From: Bacillota bacterium
Lineage (GTDB): Bacteria; Bacillota; Clostridia; Christensenellales; CAG-138
DNA length: 64,000 nt
Direction of reading: 5' to 3'
Assembly (NCBI GenBank): GCA_038562375.1
Contig: JBCFAY010000002.1
Span: 21,272 to 85,271 of the forward strand
Shown: positions 7,565 to 18,173 of the stretch, one piece after another
Layout: each line of letters begins with the position of its first letter
Position numbering within the stretch: position 1 is the stretch's first letter
Position numbers and translations under genes: made by a program
Notes under the pieces: model-generated
Told to the model about the DNA's origin: nothing
The model's input: the letters and a program-made list of their open reading frames with translations, nothing else
The model's database searches: none

Positions 7565-8773
7565 ATGGCAAAGGAAAAAGTCGTTCTTGCATATTCGGGC
7601 GGATTGGATACGTCCATAATCATTCCATGGCTCAAAGAGAACTTCGATTACGAGGTCATCGCGATGGCGGGCGACGTCGGCCAGGGAGAAGAACTGGAGC
7701 CCTTGAGGGAAAAGGCAATCAAGACCGGCGCGAGCAAGATCTATATCGAGGATCTCAAATATGAGTTCGTGACTGATTTCGCTTTTCCGACGCTCAAATC
7801 GGGCGCCAAATACGAAAACAAGTACCTGCTCGGCACGTCCACCGCGCGCCCCTGCATCGCAAAGCGCCTCGTCGAGGTCGCCCGCAAGGAAGGCGCCACG
7901 GCCATCGCCCACGGTTGCACCGGCAAGGGCAACGATCAGGTTCGTTTTGAATTGACGGTCAAGGCGCTTGCGCCCGACCTTAAGATCATCGCCCCCTGGC
8001 GCATGTGGGATATCAAAAGCCGCAGCGAGGAGATCGCCTACGCGAAGGAGCGGGGCATCCCGCTGCAGTTCCGCGCCGAGGAAAGCTACAGCATGGACCG
8101 CAACATCTGGCACCTGAGCCACGAGGGCCTCGATCTCGAGGATCCCTGGAACGCGCCCAAGGACAGCATGTACCTGATCTGTACCTCCCCGAAGGACTCG
8201 CCGGACGAGCCGGAGATCATCGAGATCGGCTTTGAAAAGGGCATCCCCGTCTCCGTGAACGGCGAGAAGCTCTCCCCCGTCGCGCTGGTCGAAACCTGCA
8301 ACGCTATCGGCGCCAAGCACGGCATCGGCATCGACGACATGGTCGAGAACCGTCTCGTAGGCATCAAGAGCCGCGGCGTGTACGAAAACCCCGGCGCGAC
8401 GATCCTCTACGAAGCGCTTTCACAGCTCGAATACCTGTGCCTCGACCGCGACACCATGCACTACAAGCAGCAGATGGCGACGCGCTACTCCGAGCTCGTG
8501 TACGACGGAAAATGGTTCACACCGCTCAAGGCGGCCCTGGACGCAGCCATCGACGCGATGCAGGAGAACACGACCGGCATCTCCAAGCTCAAGCTCTATA
8601 AGGGCAAGGCGTATTTCGCGGGAGCGAAGAGCCCGTACAGCCTGTACAACCCCGAGTTTGCGACGTTTGAGCAGGACGAGGTGTACAACCAGAAGGATGC
8701 CGCGGGCTTTATCAACCTGTTCGGGCTGCCGCTCAAGGTGCGCGCGATCATGCAGATGAAGAACAATTCCTGA
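7565..8773 (+). CDS. argG: Argininosuccinate synthase
   Basis: 402 aa with the AYSGGLDTS nucleotide-binding motif and full-length similarity to type-I ArgG. Confidence 0.97.
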   Translation: MAKEKVVLAYSGGLDTSIIIPWLKENFDYEVIAMAGDVGQGEELEPLREKAIKTGASKIYIEDLKYEFVTDFAFPTLKSGAKYENKYLLGTSTARPCIAKRLVEVARKEGATAIAHGCTGKGNDQVRFELTVKALAPDLKIIAPWRMWDIKSRSEEIAYAKERGIPLQFRAEESYSMDRNIWHLSHEGLDLEDPWNAPKDSMYLICTSPKDSPDEPEIIEIGFEKGIPVSVNGEKLSPVALVETCNAIGAKHGIGIDDMVENRLVGIKSRGVYENPGATILYEALSQLEYLCLDRDTMHYKQQMATRYSELVYDGKWFTPLKAALDAAIDAMQENTTGISKLKLYKGKAYFAGAKSPYSLYNPEFATFEQDEVYNQKDAAGFINLFGLPLKVRAIMQMKNNS

Positions 8774-8781
8774 TCATTGCC

Positions 8782-8818
8782 GGGCGCCCCGCCAAAATCC
8801 AACGGGAGCGCCCTTTTT
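8782..8818 (+). terminator. Intrinsic terminator between argG and argH
   Basis: GGGCGCCCCG ... CGGG-A-GCGCCC (10 bp, 1 bulge) followed by TTTTTATTT. Confidence 0.55.
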
Positions 8819-8862
8819 ATTTCTTCCCGCAGTGGGATACGCAGGAAACGAGGATGTTTATT

Positions 8863-10266
8863 ATGTCCAACGAACATAAGCTCTGGGGCGGCCGCTTCAC
8901 CAAAAGCGAAAACAAGGCGATGGAGGATTTCCATTCTTCGATCGGCGTAGACTCGAGGATGTACCGCGAGGATATCGAAGGCTCCATCGCGCACGCGAAT
9001 ATGCTCGGCGCGAAGGGGATCATCCCTTTGGAGGAGTCAGCGCGCATACAGGAAGGGCTGATCGCGCTGCTCGCGAAGATCGAGTCCGGCGAGATAACGT
9101 TTGAAAAAAGCGCCGAGGACATCCATATGAACGTCGAGAAACTGCTTACCGATAGCATCGGAGAGGCGGGCAAGCGCGTGCATACCGGCAGGAGCCGGAA
9201 CGATCAGGTCGCGCTCGATACTCGGCTCTATATGCTCGGCGGGATCGACCGCACCGTCGATGGGCTGCTCACGCTCGAAGAGGCGCTTTTGGAGACGGCG
9301 AAGGAGCACCTTTTAACCGTCATGCCGGGATATACGCACCTTCAGAAGGCGCAGCCGATCACTCTCGCGCATCATCTGACGGCTTACTTCGAGATGTTTC
9401 GCCGCGACGCGGAGAGGTTTTCCGACTGCAAAAAGCGCACGGCCATGATGCCTTTGGGCTCGGGCGCGCTCGCGACGAGCACGTATCCGCTCGACCGGCA
9501 GATGGTCGCCTACGCGCTCGGCTTTCCCGCGATCACCCGCAATTCCCTCGACAGCGTGAGCGACCGCGACTTCTGCATCGAATACTGCGCCGCGGCTTCG
9601 ATCACGATGATGCACCTTTCGCGCTTCTGCGAGGAACTGGTGCTCTGGTCGAGCGACGAGTTCCGCTTCGTCGAGATGGACGACTCCTATTCCACCGGCT
9701 CGTCGATCATGCCGCAGAAAAAAAACCCGGACGCGGCGGAGTTGATCCGCGGCAAGACCGGGCGCGTATACGGCGATCTTATGACGCTTTTGACCGTCAT
9801 GAAAGGGCTTCCGCTCGCGTACAACAAAGACATGCAGGAGGATAAGGAAGCGCTTTTCGATGCGCTCGACACGCTCACCGGCTGTCTTGAGGTGTTTACC
9901 GGCATGTTCAAGACCCTGCGCTTTGTGACAAAAAACATGTACCAAGGCGCCGGCCGCGGTTTTACCAACGCGACGGACGCCGCGGACTATCTTGTGAAGA
10001 AAGGGTTGCCCTTCCGCACGGCGCATGAGATCATCGGCAGGATGGTGTTAAGCTGTATCCGGGATGGCGTTTCGCTCGAAGAGCTGACGCTCGAGGAACT
10101 AAAGCGCTTCTCGCCCGCCTTCGACGCGGATGTGTTCGATGCGATCTCGCTCAAAGCCTGCGTCGAAGGGCGCAAGCTCCCCGGAGGCCCCGCTCCCGAG
10201 GCCGTATCCACAGCGATCGAGGAAGCGCTCGCATGGCTTACAAAGGAGCGCGCCGCGCTCGTATGA
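8863..10266 (+). CDS. argH: Argininosuccinate lyase
   Basis: Carries the fumarate-lyase signature [12 protein letters not shown]. The ATG at 8863 has GAGGA 8 nt upstream, whereas the ORF-track ATG at 8854 abuts the RBS. Confidence 0.95.
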   Translation: MSNEHKLWGGRFTKSENKAMEDFHSSIGVDSRMYREDIEGSIAHANMLGAKGIIPLEESARIQEGLIALLAKIESGEITFEKSAEDIHMNVEKLLTDSIGEAGKRVHTGRSRNDQVALDTRLYMLGGIDRTVDGLLTLEEALLETAKEHLLTVMPGYTHLQKAQPITLAHHLTAYFEMFRRDAERFSDCKKRTAMMPLGSGALATSTYPLDRQMVAYALGFPAITRNSLDSVSDRDFCIEYCAAASITMMHLSRFCEELVLWSSDEFRFVEMDDSYSTGSSIMPQKKNPDAAELIRGKTGRVYGDLMTLLTVMKGLPLAYNKDMQEDKEALFDALDTLTGCLEVFTGMFKTLRFVTKNMYQGAGRGFTNATDAADYLVKKGLPFRTAHEIIGRMVLSCIRDGVSLEELTLEELKRFSPAFDADVFDAISLKACVEGRKLPGGPAPEAVSTAIEEALAWLTKERAALV

Positions 10267-10285
10267 AATGATTTATGACCGACAG

Positions 10286-10323
10286 AAGGCCGCCCTGCCG
10301 ATAGAAAAAAGCAGGGCGGCCTT
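10286..10323. terminator. Hairpin between the convergent argH and DUF1835-like genes
   Basis: AAGGCCGCCCTGC / GCAGGGCGGCCTT: a perfect 13-bp stem with a 12-nt loop and only weak U-rich flanks. Confidence 0.5.
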
Positions 10324-10390
10324 GTTCCATTATAAAGATTATTTGCATATCTTGAAACTTAGCAAAATGCTGTGTATAGGGGCAAATTGC

Positions 10391-11362
10391 TCATACTCTC
10401 CAGGCACACTTTTTCAACACTCGATGATAGGTCGGCATATCTTCGGCAACCGCGGACACGGCCTCAAGTTTTCCGGCACGGATCATCTCTTCTATACGGC
10501 AGGCGATCCAAGAATCGCTCATTCCAAGCTGGTATTTACCAAGCACCCGTCCGATAATCAGCGCTTCCTGAAATTCCTCGCCCTCTGCTGCGATTTCGCG
10601 AAGGATAAAGTCATCATAGAGGGTTTCCGATGCGCTGACCAACTGTCCGTTCAGTACGGCCCGCAAAGGTGCGTTCTCTCCTTGAAGCTCCTGCCAATGA
10701 AATGCACAGCTTTTTCTAAATAGCGGAGGCACCGGCTTTTGCAAGGCAAGATACCGATGCCATGCTCCGGGAGATACTTCACCCCAGCCGCTTTTCCGTA
10801 CGATATTTCCTTTTTCGTCAGCCTCCCATTCCGGGAGCTTGACAATAAAAATCTGTCCGTCCTGCACTTTCCACTGATTCAACTGCCCCATGAACCAACA
10901 CAGTCCGCACATTTCATCAGGATGATTGCTGTACCAGATTCGAAGGGATTCCCCCGCCGCTGCGCGTTCCCGAACCGTTTTCAGATATTCATTTACCCTT
11001 TTCATTATTTCCTGAGCCGCCCGACGTCCCTCGTCATTTGGATAAACGCTAAATAAGTGTTCCAACGTCCGCTTCCGCTTTATCCCCGGCTGATTCTCCG
11101 AAATATCTCCAACGCCCAGCGCCAAATGGAATCCATAGACGTCTGCTGAATTTCCGCCCAAGGGGACGGCGCTCTCCCACGCCAAGCGCGCCTTTTCCTC
11201 TGCATTTCGTTGGGCGGCTTCAACTTCCTCTTTGGTCGGCTTGCTTCCGTCCGCATGGCTAACGAAAACGCCGATACATCCTCTTTGATATTTCCCTTTG
11301 CCATAGTGCTGCGCCATCTTAAGGCTTCCGCAAGCACTATCGCTGAATACGATCTCAATCAT
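10391..11362 (-). CDS. DUF1835 / DUF3658-type protein (function unknown)
   Basis: 323 aa. The N-terminus MIEIVFSDSACGSLK resembles the DUF1835 IHIVFGDSAAGSLK block, and the C-terminal half resembles DUF3658. Sampled local GC is about 45-48% versus about 60% in the flanks. Confidence 0.75.
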   Translation of the reverse strand: MIEIVFSDSACGSLKMAQHYGKGKYQRGCIGVFVSHADGSKPTKEEVEAAQRNAEEKARLAWESAVPLGGNSADVYGFHLALGVGDISENQPGIKRKRTLEHLFSVYPNDEGRRAAQEIMKRVNEYLKTVRERAAAGESLRIWYSNHPDEMCGLCWFMGQLNQWKVQDGQIFIVKLPEWEADEKGNIVRKSGWGEVSPGAWHRYLALQKPVPPLFRKSCAFHWQELQGENAPLRAVLNGQLVSASETLYDDFILREIAAEGEEFQEALIIGRVLGKYQLGMSDSWIACRIEEMIRAGKLEAVSAVAEDMPTYHRVLKKCAWRV

Positions 11363-11527
11363 AACAATTGTCCTCCAAGTCCCGGATCAAACGCAAGCTC
11401 AATCACGCTGATCCCCTGTCCTAGCCAAATGTAAAAGCCAGCAATGCCGTGGCATTTTTCTCCATTGAGTATAGCATAGGAATTCCGTGTTCGCATCAAA
11501 GCGATCATGGGCGGTGTCTAAACAACG

Positions 11528-11559
11528 CGGAGCGCCCGCCAGGCAAGGCGAACGCTCCG
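11528..11559 (-). terminator. Probable lon terminator
   Basis: CGGAGCG ... CGCTCCG (7 bp plus an inner CGCC/GGCG stem), followed by CGTTGTTT on the minus strand, 22 nt after the lon stop. Confidence 0.5.
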
Positions 11560-11580
11560 AAAATATCGATCGATCTGAAA

Positions 11581-13947
11581 TTACTGGACCAGTTGGCCTC
11601 GCTTTGTGATCTGCGGCGTCATGGAAAAATCGGACGCCGCATCGGAGCGCACTAGCACGCGGCGCAATACGGCGGCAGCGTTGTCCGCGTACACGATCTC
11701 CAACAGCTCCCGGACGCTCTCCGGAACCTCCTCGATATCCCTGCGGTTCGCTTCCGGCACGATGACCGTATGAATGCCCGCGCGCACCGCGGCAAGCAGT
11801 TTTTCGCGCAGTCCGCCCACGGCGAGCACCCGCCCGCGAAGCGTGATTTCGCCGGTCATGGCGATGCCAGCCTTGACCGGGATCTCCGTGAAGGCGCTGA
11901 GCATAGCGGTCATCATCGTGACGCCCGCGCTCGGCCCGTCCTTGGGCGTCGCGCCCTCGGGCACGTGCACATGGATGTCCTTGCGCATATAGAAGTCCGG
12001 CTGCAGGCCGTATTCCTCGCCGTGCGCGCGCACATAGGTCAGCGCCGCCTTGGCGCTCTCCTGCATCACGTCGCCGAGGTGCCCGGTCAGGAGAATCTGG
12101 CCGGTTCCATTGTAGACCTGCGCTTCCACGGTGAGCGTGTCGCCTCCCGCCGACGTCCACGCGAGCCCGTTGACGAGGCCGACGGCGGCCTTGGCCTCAG
12201 CCGCCTCATGGCGGTATTTGGGCTGACCGAGATAGTCGAGGAGCTTCTGGCGGTTCATGCGCACGCGCGGCTTGCCCTCGACGATCTCGCATGCCGCCTT
12301 GCGGCATACCTTCGCGATGGAGCGCTCGAGTTCGCGCACGCCCGCCTCGGACGTATAGCCGTTGATGATCGCGCGCAGGTTCGCGTCCGAAAGCGTCAGC
12401 ATACCCTTTTGCAGGCCGTGCTTCTCCGTCTGCTTTTTGATCAGATGCCTCTGCGCGATCTGAATCTTCTCATCCTCGAGATACCCTTCGATGCGGATGA
12501 GCTCCATCCGGTCGAGCAAGGGCTTGGGTATGGTTTCGATGCTGTTCGCGGTCGTCACGAACATCACCTTGGAAAGATCGTAAGGAAGCTCCAGGTAATG
12601 ATCCCGGAATTCGAAGTTCTGCGCGCTGTCGAGAACCTCGAGCATCGCGGAGGCGGGATCTCCCCGCATATCCTGGCCGAGCTTGTCGATTTCGTCAAAG
12701 AGCAGCAGCGGATTGACCGTCCCCGCCTGCTTGAGCGCCGCGATTACGCGGCCCGGCATGGCCCCGATATAGGTGCGGCGATGGCCGCGCAGCTCCGCCT
12801 CATCGCGGATGCCGCCGAGGCTCATGCGCACGAACTTGCGGCCGAGCGCCCGCGCGATCGACGAGCACACCGAGGTTTTGCCGACGCCCGGAGGCCCGAC
12901 AAAGCAGAGGATCTGGCCCGTCGTACCGCCCGAAAGCCGCGCTACGGCGATTTGCTCGAGCACGCGCTCCTTGACTTTTTCGAGCCCGTAATGATCCTCG
13001 TTTAAAACGCGCTCCGCGTTCTTCAGTTCCAGATTGTCGGTTGTGTTTTCGCTCCACGGAAGATCGAGCACCAGCTCGATATAATTGCGCACGCCGGGCG
13101 CCTCATGCGAACCGGAAGGCATCGCCTCCAGCCGGTCGATCTCCTTGCATAGCTTTGCGCGCACAGCGTCCGGGAGTTTTTTTGCTTCCATACGGTCGCG
13201 GTACTGCTCGATCTCCGAACCGTCCGAGTCGCCCAGTTCCTTCTGGATCGCCCGGATCTGCTCCCGAAGATAATAATCCTTTTGGTTTTTATCGACCTGC
13301 TTGCGCACCTGCGCCGCGATCCTTTTATCGACCCGGAGGATCTCCAGTTCGCGGCCGATGATCTCATGCACGGTGCTCAGCCGTTCGATCGGATCGATCG
13401 TCTCCAGGATGCGCTGCTTATCCTCCACCTTGTGGATGGTCTGCTCCGCGACCGCATCGGCATAATCGGAGATGTTCTCAAGATCCTCGACGTTGAGCAT
13501 GGTATCCGTGTTGACGCGCCCCGAGAGCGAGCAATAGCTTTGAAAGCGCTCGGAGACGCGCCTTCTTAGCGCCTCGGCGACGACCTTGTCGTATTCGACC
13601 TCCTCAAGGCGGAGCACGTCGGCCTCGAAAAACGGATCGGAGACGTGGAATTCATCCGCGCGTGCGCGCGCGATGCCCTCGGCCAGAACGCGCACGGAAT
13701 CGCCCGGAATGCGCAGTATCTGCCGGATTTTACACACGGTGCCGATCTGGAATACATCCTCGCCGGTAATATCGTTTTTGCGAGGATCTTTCTGAGACAC
13801 CAAAAATACAACGGAATCATCCTCGACTGCGGACTGCAATGCTCCCACGGTCTTCGGACGCCCCGCATCAAAATGCAATAGCTCGCCCGGCAGAACCACC
13901 AATCCCCGCAGCGGTACCACCGGCAGCTTTTCGCGTGAAGCTGTCAA
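11581..13947 (-). CDS. lon: ATP-dependent protease Lon (LonA)
   Basis: 788 aa with a TTG start (RBS GGGGGA 6 nt upstream), Walker [10 protein letters not shown] and the protease motif PKDGPSAGV. Confidence 0.97.
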   Translation of the reverse strand: MTASREKLPVVPLRGLVVLPGELLHFDAGRPKTVGALQSAVEDDSVVFLVSQKDPRKNDITGEDVFQIGTVCKIRQILRIPGDSVRVLAEGIARARADEFHVSDPFFEADVLRLEEVEYDKVVAEALRRRVSERFQSYCSLSGRVNTDTMLNVEDLENISDYADAVAEQTIHKVEDKQRILETIDPIERLSTVHEIIGRELEILRVDKRIAAQVRKQVDKNQKDYYLREQIRAIQKELGDSDGSEIEQYRDRMEAKKLPDAVRAKLCKEIDRLEAMPSGSHEAPGVRNYIELVLDLPWSENTTDNLELKNAERVLNEDHYGLEKVKERVLEQIAVARLSGGTTGQILCFVGPPGVGKTSVCSSIARALGRKFVRMSLGGIRDEAELRGHRRTYIGAMPGRVIAALKQAGTVNPLLLFDEIDKLGQDMRGDPASAMLEVLDSAQNFEFRDHYLELPYDLSKVMFVTTANSIETIPKPLLDRMELIRIEGYLEDEKIQIAQRHLIKKQTEKHGLQKGMLTLSDANLRAIINGYTSEAGVRELERSIAKVCRKAACEIVEGKPRVRMNRQKLLDYLGQPKYRHEAAEAKAAVGLVNGLAWTSAGGDTLTVEAQVYNGTGQILLTGHLGDVMQESAKAALTYVRAHGEEYGLQPDFYMRKDIHVHVPEGATPKDGPSAGVTMMTAMLSAFTEIPVKAGIAMTGEITLRGRVLAVGGLREKLLAAVRAGIHTVIVPEANRRDIEEVPESVRELLEIVYADNAAAVLRRVLVRSDAASDFSMTPQITKRGQLVQ

Positions 13948-13967
13948 AACTGTTCCCCCATTTCGTG

Positions 13968-13998
13968 GTTATCGTATATACATCAGTATATCGATAAC
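13968..13998. promoter_or_regulatory. Near-perfect 31-bp palindrome overlapping the lon -10 (candidate operator)
   Basis: GTTATCGTATATA-catcag-TATATCGATAAC has 12-13 nt arms with one indel. Confidence 0.45.
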
Positions 13999-14013
13999 TC
14001 GATCATAAGGCAA
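13985..14013 (-). promoter_or_regulatory. Sigma-A-type promoter of lon
   Basis: -35 TTGCCT (14013..14008), 17-nt spacer, -10 TATACT (13990..13985). Confidence 0.55.
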
Positions 14014-14039
14014 CCTAATGAATGCGAGCAATATGTGAC

Positions 14040-14076
14040 AAAAAAGGACGGCTGTTCAGTTCGTGGGAGCCGCTCC
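14040..14076 (-). terminator. Intrinsic terminator of lonB, with a stem overlapping the stop codon
   Basis: GGA(G)CGGCU / AGCCGUCC (8 bp, 1 bulge) followed by U6 (14045..14040). Confidence 0.6.
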
Positions 14077-15732
14077 CAATACCTCCGTTTTTTCCGTAAT
14101 ATGATGGCGCTGAAGGTCGAACGCCAGCCGAATGACCTGCTGTATATCCGTTACCGGCTCGATGCGCGCGTGCATCGCCGCATAGGCCTCCTCGTAGTTC
14201 TCCGACGGGATGACGATCAACTGCGCGCCCGCCTCGATGGCCGCATTGACCTTTTCCCTTACGCCGCCCACGGGCAGGATGTCGCCATGGATGCTGATTT
14301 CCCCGGTCAGGGCGATCTTTTGAACGGGGGCTTTCCCCGTAACCGCGCTCACGACCGCCACGGCGAGCGCCGCCCCGGCGCTCGGCCCATCCATCGGAAC
14401 GCCTCCGGGAATATTGATGTGAATGTCATAGTCGCTGCAATCGATATCAAGCCGCTTTTTGAGCGCGCCGATCACGTTTTCGATGGAGCTTCGGGCCGTG
14501 CTCTTGCGCCTTAACCGTCGCCCGCGCAGCTCGAGCTCTTCCTCCTCCACGACGCCGCTGATCACGAGCTTGCCGTTTCCTTTGGCCGCGGGGGTGGCCA
14601 CGCATTCGATTTCGATCACGGCTCCCTGCCCCACACCGGTCACGGCAAGCCCCGCGCAGATGCCCGCATCCGGCGATTCCCGGATATGGAACGGCTGCCT
14701 CAGAGCATAATTGCAGGTTCTCGCTACCCACCGGATATCCGGCTCCTGAATCTCATGCCGCCGCTCCGAATACGCCGCGCCGCTCGCCAATTGAATGATG
14801 TTGACCGCGTCGCGGCCGGACGCGGCGTACATCGCGCAGAGCCTGAGCGCGCCTGGGCGGATGCCGTAGCCTATGCGCTCCGCGGCCCCGGCGGCGATGC
14901 GCGCGAGCTCAGGCTGCCCAAGCGGCATGAAGTACAGCTCCATGCAACGCGAGCGCAGCGCCGGCGGGAGTTCCTCCGGCTGGCGCGTCGTCGCGCCGAC
15001 CAGGCGGAAATCGGCAGGGAGCCCATTCTGAAAAATATCGTGGATATATGCCGGTATGGAGCGGTTGTCCTTGGAATAATATGCGCTCTCGAAACTGACC
15101 TTTCGGTCCTCGAGCACTTTTAGGAGCTTATTCATCTGCATCGGATGCAGCTCGCCGATCTCGTCGAGGAAGAGTACGCCGCAATGGGCGCGGCTTACCG
15201 CTCCGGGCTTCGGCTGCGGCACGCCCTGGCTGCCGAGAGCCCCCGCGCCCTGGTAGATCGGATCGTGCACCGAGCCCATCAACGGGTCGGCGATGGCCCT
15301 TTCGTCGAAACGAACGCAGGTCGCGTCGATCTCGACGAATTTTGAATAGGTGCTGAACGGCGAATCGACGCTCTTTTTCGCCTCCTCGAGCACAAGCCGG
15401 GCGGCGCAGGTTTTGCCGACGCCCGGAGGCCCGTAGATGATTACATGCTGCGGGTTCGGCCCGCACAGCGCGGCCCGGAGCGCCTTGATGCCCTCCTCCT
15501 GGCCGATGATGTCGTTTAGCTGCGCCGGGCGCGTCAATTCGCTCAGAGGGACGTTGAGGGAATGGTTGCGCATACGCCTTAGTTCCTGAAGTTCGTGGCC
15601 TTCGGTTTTTCCGATGCCCTTTTCAATTACCGCGCCGCCGCGGTCGCGCTTGCGCAAAATAACATATACGAAACAGATCACGGCCACCATACCGATCATC
15701 TGTAGCAAAAATATCAAAAAATTCCATTCCAT
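14056..15732 (-). CDS. lonB: Sporulation-type membrane-anchored Lon-like protease LonB
   Basis: 558 aa with an N-terminal TM helix, AAA+ Walker A GPPGVGKT and a Lon protease domain (MDGPSAGAA). It sits immediately upstream of lonA, as in Bacillus. Confidence 0.9.
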   Translation of the reverse strand: MEWNFLIFLLQMIGMVAVICFVYVILRKRDRGGAVIEKGIGKTEGHELQELRRMRNHSLNVPLSELTRPAQLNDIIGQEEGIKALRAALCGPNPQHVIIYGPPGVGKTCAARLVLEEAKKSVDSPFSTYSKFVEIDATCVRFDERAIADPLMGSVHDPIYQGAGALGSQGVPQPKPGAVSRAHCGVLFLDEIGELHPMQMNKLLKVLEDRKVSFESAYYSKDNRSIPAYIHDIFQNGLPADFRLVGATTRQPEELPPALRSRCMELYFMPLGQPELARIAAGAAERIGYGIRPGALRLCAMYAASGRDAVNIIQLASGAAYSERRHEIQEPDIRWVARTCNYALRQPFHIRESPDAGICAGLAVTGVGQGAVIEIECVATPAAKGNGKLVISGVVEEEELELRGRRLRRKSTARSSIENVIGALKKRLDIDCSDYDIHINIPGGVPMDGPSAGAALAVAVVSAVTGKAPVQKIALTGEISIHGDILPVGGVREKVNAAIEAGAQLIVIPSENYEEAYAAMHARIEPVTDIQQVIRLAFDLQRHHITEKTEVLGAAPTN

Positions 15733-15768
15733 AGATGCCTCCGTTTACACACCGTCTTGCATTGCGTT

Positions 15769-15775
15769 TAGTATG
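15769..15775 (-). promoter_or_regulatory. Forespore-sigma (sigmaF/sigmaG)-like -10 element upstream of lonB
   Basis: CATACTA lies about 37 nt upstream of the lonB ATG. No convincing -35 was found. Confidence 0.3.
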
Positions 15776-15827
15776 TGTGTGCAGGCGATTTTTAAAGAAG
15801 GTAGTTAATGGAGCGTTTTCAAAAAAA

Positions 15828-15848
15828 AGAAGCCGATAAACGGCTTCT
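15828..15848. terminator. Bidirectional intrinsic terminator ending the surE...ispH-S1 operon
   Basis: AGAAGCCG-ataaa-CGGCTTCT is flanked by A8 on one side and T4 on the other. Confidence 0.8.
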
Positions 15849-15878
15849 TTTAAAAACAATCGATCCGCAAAACGCGGG

Positions 15879-18173
15879 TTATTCCTGATCTTCGTTTTCA
15901 GCGTTGAAATTCGAAAACAGGTCCGCCAGGGACGTCGTAGCCTGCTGCACCGGCGGAAGCTGATAATCCCCATCCTCGTTGCGCGAGCGGCGATCGCTGC
16001 GCTCCGAGCGCTCGGTGCGTTCCGGACGCGGGCTGCGCGGCTCCTGCTGCTTCTGGGAATGCTGCTCGGAGGTAGCCTGACGCTGCGCCTGGCGCTCGGC
16101 ATTGGCCTTCTCGCGCTCAAGCTTTTCCTGCTCGATCTGTTCGAGGATCTCGGGATTCTCCTCGAGTATGACTTCCTTGCGGCTCAAGCTGATGCGCTTG
16201 GCTTCCATATTTACATCCAAAACCTTGCAGCGCACCACATCGCCGACGTTGATCTCATCCTCGACCTTCGCGATGCGCCGAACGGCAACCTGCGAAATGT
16301 GGATCAGGCCGTCGATCGTCGGCTCGAGCGCGACGAACGCGCCGAACGGTACGATCCTGACGACCTTGCCTTCGACGATCGAGCCGACCGGGTATTTTTC
16401 CGCCGCCATCGTCCAAGGCTTGGGCTGAAGCTGCTTATACCCAAGCGAAACGCGCTCCTTAGCTACGTCGACATTGAGGATCAAAACCTCGATGCTCTGG
16501 CCGATCTTAAGGACGTCGGAAGGATGCTTCACGCGGCCCCAACCGATATCCGTCACATGCACAAGCCCGTCCACGCCGCCGATATCGACAAAAGCGCCGA
16601 AATCGGTCAGCCTGCGGACGACGCCCTGTACCTTTGAACCAACGACAAGCTTTTCCCAGGTCTTTTTCTTCTCGGCGGCCGCCTCGGCGACAAGCACTTC
16701 CTTCTGGGACGCGACGATGCGCTTGCGGGGCTTATCCACCTCGATGACCTTAAGCTTGAGGGGCTTGCCGATAAAGTCGTTCAAGTTTTCAACGTATTTG
16801 GTCGAAACATGCGAAGCGGGAACGAATGCGCGAACGCCGTTGATCATGGCGATCAGGCCGCCCTTGACGACCTCTTTGCCGACGCCCTCGAACACCTTCG
16901 TTTCGAGATCCTCGTCCTGCATGAACACGTCCCAAACCTTCTTGCTCTCGACGCTCTTGTGGGAAAGGATGACGTTGCCTTCGCCGTCGTTCACCTTAAG
17001 TACTTCAACCTCGATCTCGTCGCCGATCTTCACCACATCCGCGGGACTGACGTCGGGATCGGAGGAAAACTCGTTCTTGGGAATAAATCCGTCGGATTTA
17101 TAGCCGATATTGACGCATACCTCGCCGTCGACAATCTGTACGACGGAACCGGTGATGATTTGGCCGTTCCTGATGCGCACCAAAGTCTTCTCAAAAGCCT
17201 CGGCAAAGCTGGATTCACCCGCTTCGGGGGATTCGGTCTCCTTCGCAGCAGAGGTTGCTGCAGCGGATTGTTCAACGGCAGCTTCTGCTTCCTTTTCGAT
17301 TTCCTGGTTTTCTACTTGGGGGCTTTCAGCCATCGTCTTTTCCAGTTCGCTCATTCTTGTAGTAACCTCCCTAATCATCCAATCCGGCGTCGATGCGCCT
17401 GCAACAATTCCTATTATATCATTAGAATCAATTATTTCAAGTGAAAGTTCATTTGGTTTTTCTATCGTGTGCGTATTATCGCAGCGTTTTTTGCATAGGT
17501 CGTACAGTTTTTGGGTGTTGGCGCTGTTTCGTCCGCCGACGACGATCACAGCGTCAGACCTCTCGCTTAGACGAATCGCCTCTTCCCGCCGCGACAGCGT
17601 CGTGTCGCAGATCGTATGATGCGCCTCCACAGCAGCGCTTTTCTCACGAATTTGGCGAAGAATCAACTCGTACTCCTCGGGCGGATATGTCGTTTGAGCA
17701 ACGACGCATACGTTCATATTTGCAGGAATCGCATCGACATCCTTCACGGAGTCGACGATGATGGCTGTGTTTCCACACCACCCGTCGATACCGATTACTT
17801 CCGGGTGTCCCGGCTTGCCGACGATCACGACCTGCTTGCCGTCTTTTTTGGCCTGCTCGACGGTACGATGAATCTTTTTGACATAGGGACAGGTCGCGTC
17901 CACAACCCGAACGCCGCGCGCCGCGCACCCCTCGATCTGTTCCTTGGGCAGCCCGTGCGCGCGTATGATAAGGATATCCCCCTCCTTGAGCATAGAAAGA
18001 TCGTTTACGGGCACGATCCCCTGCGCGCACAGCTCGTCTACGACCGCTTGGTTATGGATCAGCTCCCCGGACGTATAGACCGGCGTTTCAAGCGCAGCCT
18101 GCTCCTTGGCGAGCGAAAGCGCGCGCTTGACGCCGAAGCAGAACCCGCTATTTTTTGCGACGATTACCTGCAA
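15879..18173 (-). CDS. ispH: Fusion protein: 4-hydroxy-3-methylbut-2-enyl diphosphate reductase (IspH/LytB) plus ribosomal protein S1-like repeats
   Basis: 764 aa. The N-terminal ~280 aa are IspH (MQVIVAKNSGFCFGVKRA...). An acidic linker, four S1 OB-fold repeats and a charged tail follow. Confidence 0.93.
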   Translation of the reverse strand: MQVIVAKNSGFCFGVKRALSLAKEQAALETPVYTSGELIHNQAVVDELCAQGIVPVNDLSMLKEGDILIIRAHGLPKEQIEGCAARGVRVVDATCPYVKKIHRTVEQAKKDGKQVVIVGKPGHPEVIGIDGWCGNTAIIVDSVKDVDAIPANMNVCVVAQTTYPPEEYELILRQIREKSAAVEAHHTICDTTLSRREEAIRLSERSDAVIVVGGRNSANTQKLYDLCKKRCDNTHTIEKPNELSLEIIDSNDIIGIVAGASTPDWMIREVTTRMSELEKTMAESPQVENQEIEKEAEAAVEQSAAATSAAKETESPEAGESSFAEAFEKTLVRIRNGQIITGSVVQIVDGEVCVNIGYKSDGFIPKNEFSSDPDVSPADVVKIGDEIEVEVLKVNDGEGNVILSHKSVESKKVWDVFMQDEDLETKVFEGVGKEVVKGGLIAMINGVRAFVPASHVSTKYVENLNDFIGKPLKLKVIEVDKPRKRIVASQKEVLVAEAAAEKKKTWEKLVVGSKVQGVVRRLTDFGAFVDIGGVDGLVHVTDIGWGRVKHPSDVLKIGQSIEVLILNVDVAKERVSLGYKQLQPKPWTMAAEKYPVGSIVEGKVVRIVPFGAFVALEPTIDGLIHISQVAVRRIAKVEDEINVGDVVRCKVLDVNMEAKRISLSRKEVILEENPEILEQIEQEKLEREKANAERQAQRQATSEQHSQKQQEPRSPRPERTERSERSDRRSRNEDGDYQLPPVQQATTSLADLFSNFNAENEDQE

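Noticed and set aside
7544-8320. Long antisense or alternative-frame ORFs opposite well-supported genes. Examples are 7544..8320, 9313..10026, 11399..12160, 11770..13005, 25843..26805, 34252..35514, 42707..43732, 49541..50536 and 52416..53363.
   Set aside because: These are typical shadow ORFs of a high-GC genome. Their translations are Arg/Ala/Gly/Pro-rich low-complexity strings without motifs, and the opposite strand encodes full-length conserved proteins.
13948-14055. CIRCE (HrcA) or CtsR operators at the lon promoter. The tig and clp promoter regions (26779..26988 and 25439..25467) were also checked.
   Set aside because: Neither TTAGCACTC-N9-GAGTGCTAA nor the GGTCAAA direct repeat is present. 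Only the unrelated palindrome reported in the findings was seen.
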